DNA of 64,000 bases from Prochlorococcus sp. AG-686-O05 (lineage in GTDB: Bacteria > Cyanobacteriota > Cyanobacteriia > PCC-6307 > Cyanobiaceae), in NCBI GenBank assembly GCA_003210235.1, contig QCVV01000001.1:507-64506 (forward strand), in the 5' to 3' direction. Within the stretch, counting starts at the first letter, position 1. The number at the start of each line of letters is the position of its first letter. Below are positions 63,391 through 64,000 of the stretch, piece by piece. The notes below the pieces were generated by a model. That model saw nothing but the letters and a program-made list of their open reading frames with translations, did not search any database and had not been told where the DNA came from. Made by a program: the position numbers and the translations under genes.

Positions 63391-64000
63391 TCTGTCCTAG
63401 AAAGATATTCAAGAATGCCATTTGTGATTGCATAAGCTATTCTTTTTCGATGAATAGATTTTTCTAGTCTTCTAGCATCCAATCTTCCTGTTAAAAAACC
63501 TATTTCTACAAGTACTGCTGGCATTCTCGTATTCTTAATAACGAAAAACCTCCCTTGTCTAACTCCTCTATCAGGACTTCCAGGAGAAACTTTAAGTATT
63601 TGTTTTTGAATTTTTTTTGCCAATAGTCGTCCTCTCCATCCCGTGTAGTAAAAAGTTTCTAGCCCGTTAATATCTCTTCTTTTACCTCTTGAAGCATTAG
63701 CATGAATACTTACAAAAATATCAGCATCAGTTTTGTTAGCCATAGAGACTCTTGGAGGTAAAGCTAAATCAACTTCATTATTTCTGGTTAATCTAACCTT
63801 TACACCTTTTTTAGATAATAATTTTTTTACTTGTTTAGAAACATCAAGGACCACATCTGTTTCTCTTAACCCTCCTATCCCGATTGCTCCTGGATCTGGC
63901 CCCCCATGGCCTGGGTCAATAACAACATAAAACTTATTTTGCTTAATATCCGGTAATTGCAAAAACTCATAATTTCCAATCCCTGATTTAATTGGCTTTT
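63387..64000 (-). CDS. amiC: N-acetylmuramoyl-L-alanine amidase (5' part outside window)
   Basis: IDPGHGG.DPG, SIHANA and LVEIGF motifs; the frame is open to the window edge. Confidence 0.9.
   Translation of the reverse strand, partial: KPIKSGIGNYEFLQLPDIKQNKFYVVIDPGHGGPDPGAIGIGGLRETDVVLDVSKQVKKLLSKKGVKVRLTRNNEVDLALPPRVSMANKTDADIFVSIHANASRGKRRDINGLETFYYTGWRGRLLAKKIQKQILKVSPGSPDRGVRQGRFFVIKNTRMPAVLVEIGFLTGRLDARRLEKSIHRKRIAYAITNGILEYLSRTE

Overview
Low-GC picocyanobacterial chromosome segment, most consistent with a high-light Prochlorococcus (pcb antenna gene, lycopene cyclase, class II nrdJ, stpA, very AT-rich spacers). Most of the window is core genome: nadA, ctpA, ispG, phnDCE-like ABC transporter, hslO, prfC, nrdJ, cbiX, metA/metY, fur, pcb, hisS, acs, sds, murI and amiC. 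The accessory part is about 19.3-25.4 kb. (i) 19.3-22.2 kb holds small ORFs missed by the ORF track, including a glutamine-riboswitch/NtcA-box-preceded DUF4278 peptide and a convergent CP12-like peptide, plus a disrupted NAD-dependent ligase fragment. (ii) A ~3.1 kb element is integrated in tRNA-Ser(TGA), bounded by a 44-bp direct repeat covering the tRNA 5' half, with no integrase. The element is the most novel-looking part. It encodes a predicted ribbon-helix-helix (RHH) DNA-binding domain fused to a SepF-like domain. This gene is flanked by repeated TTAAAAGGACT sites over divergent promoters. The element also has two paralogous 46-aa proteins separated by a structured spacer, a 36-aa membrane peptide and a TPR protein. 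All protein family calls come from motif recognition by eye, not database searches.
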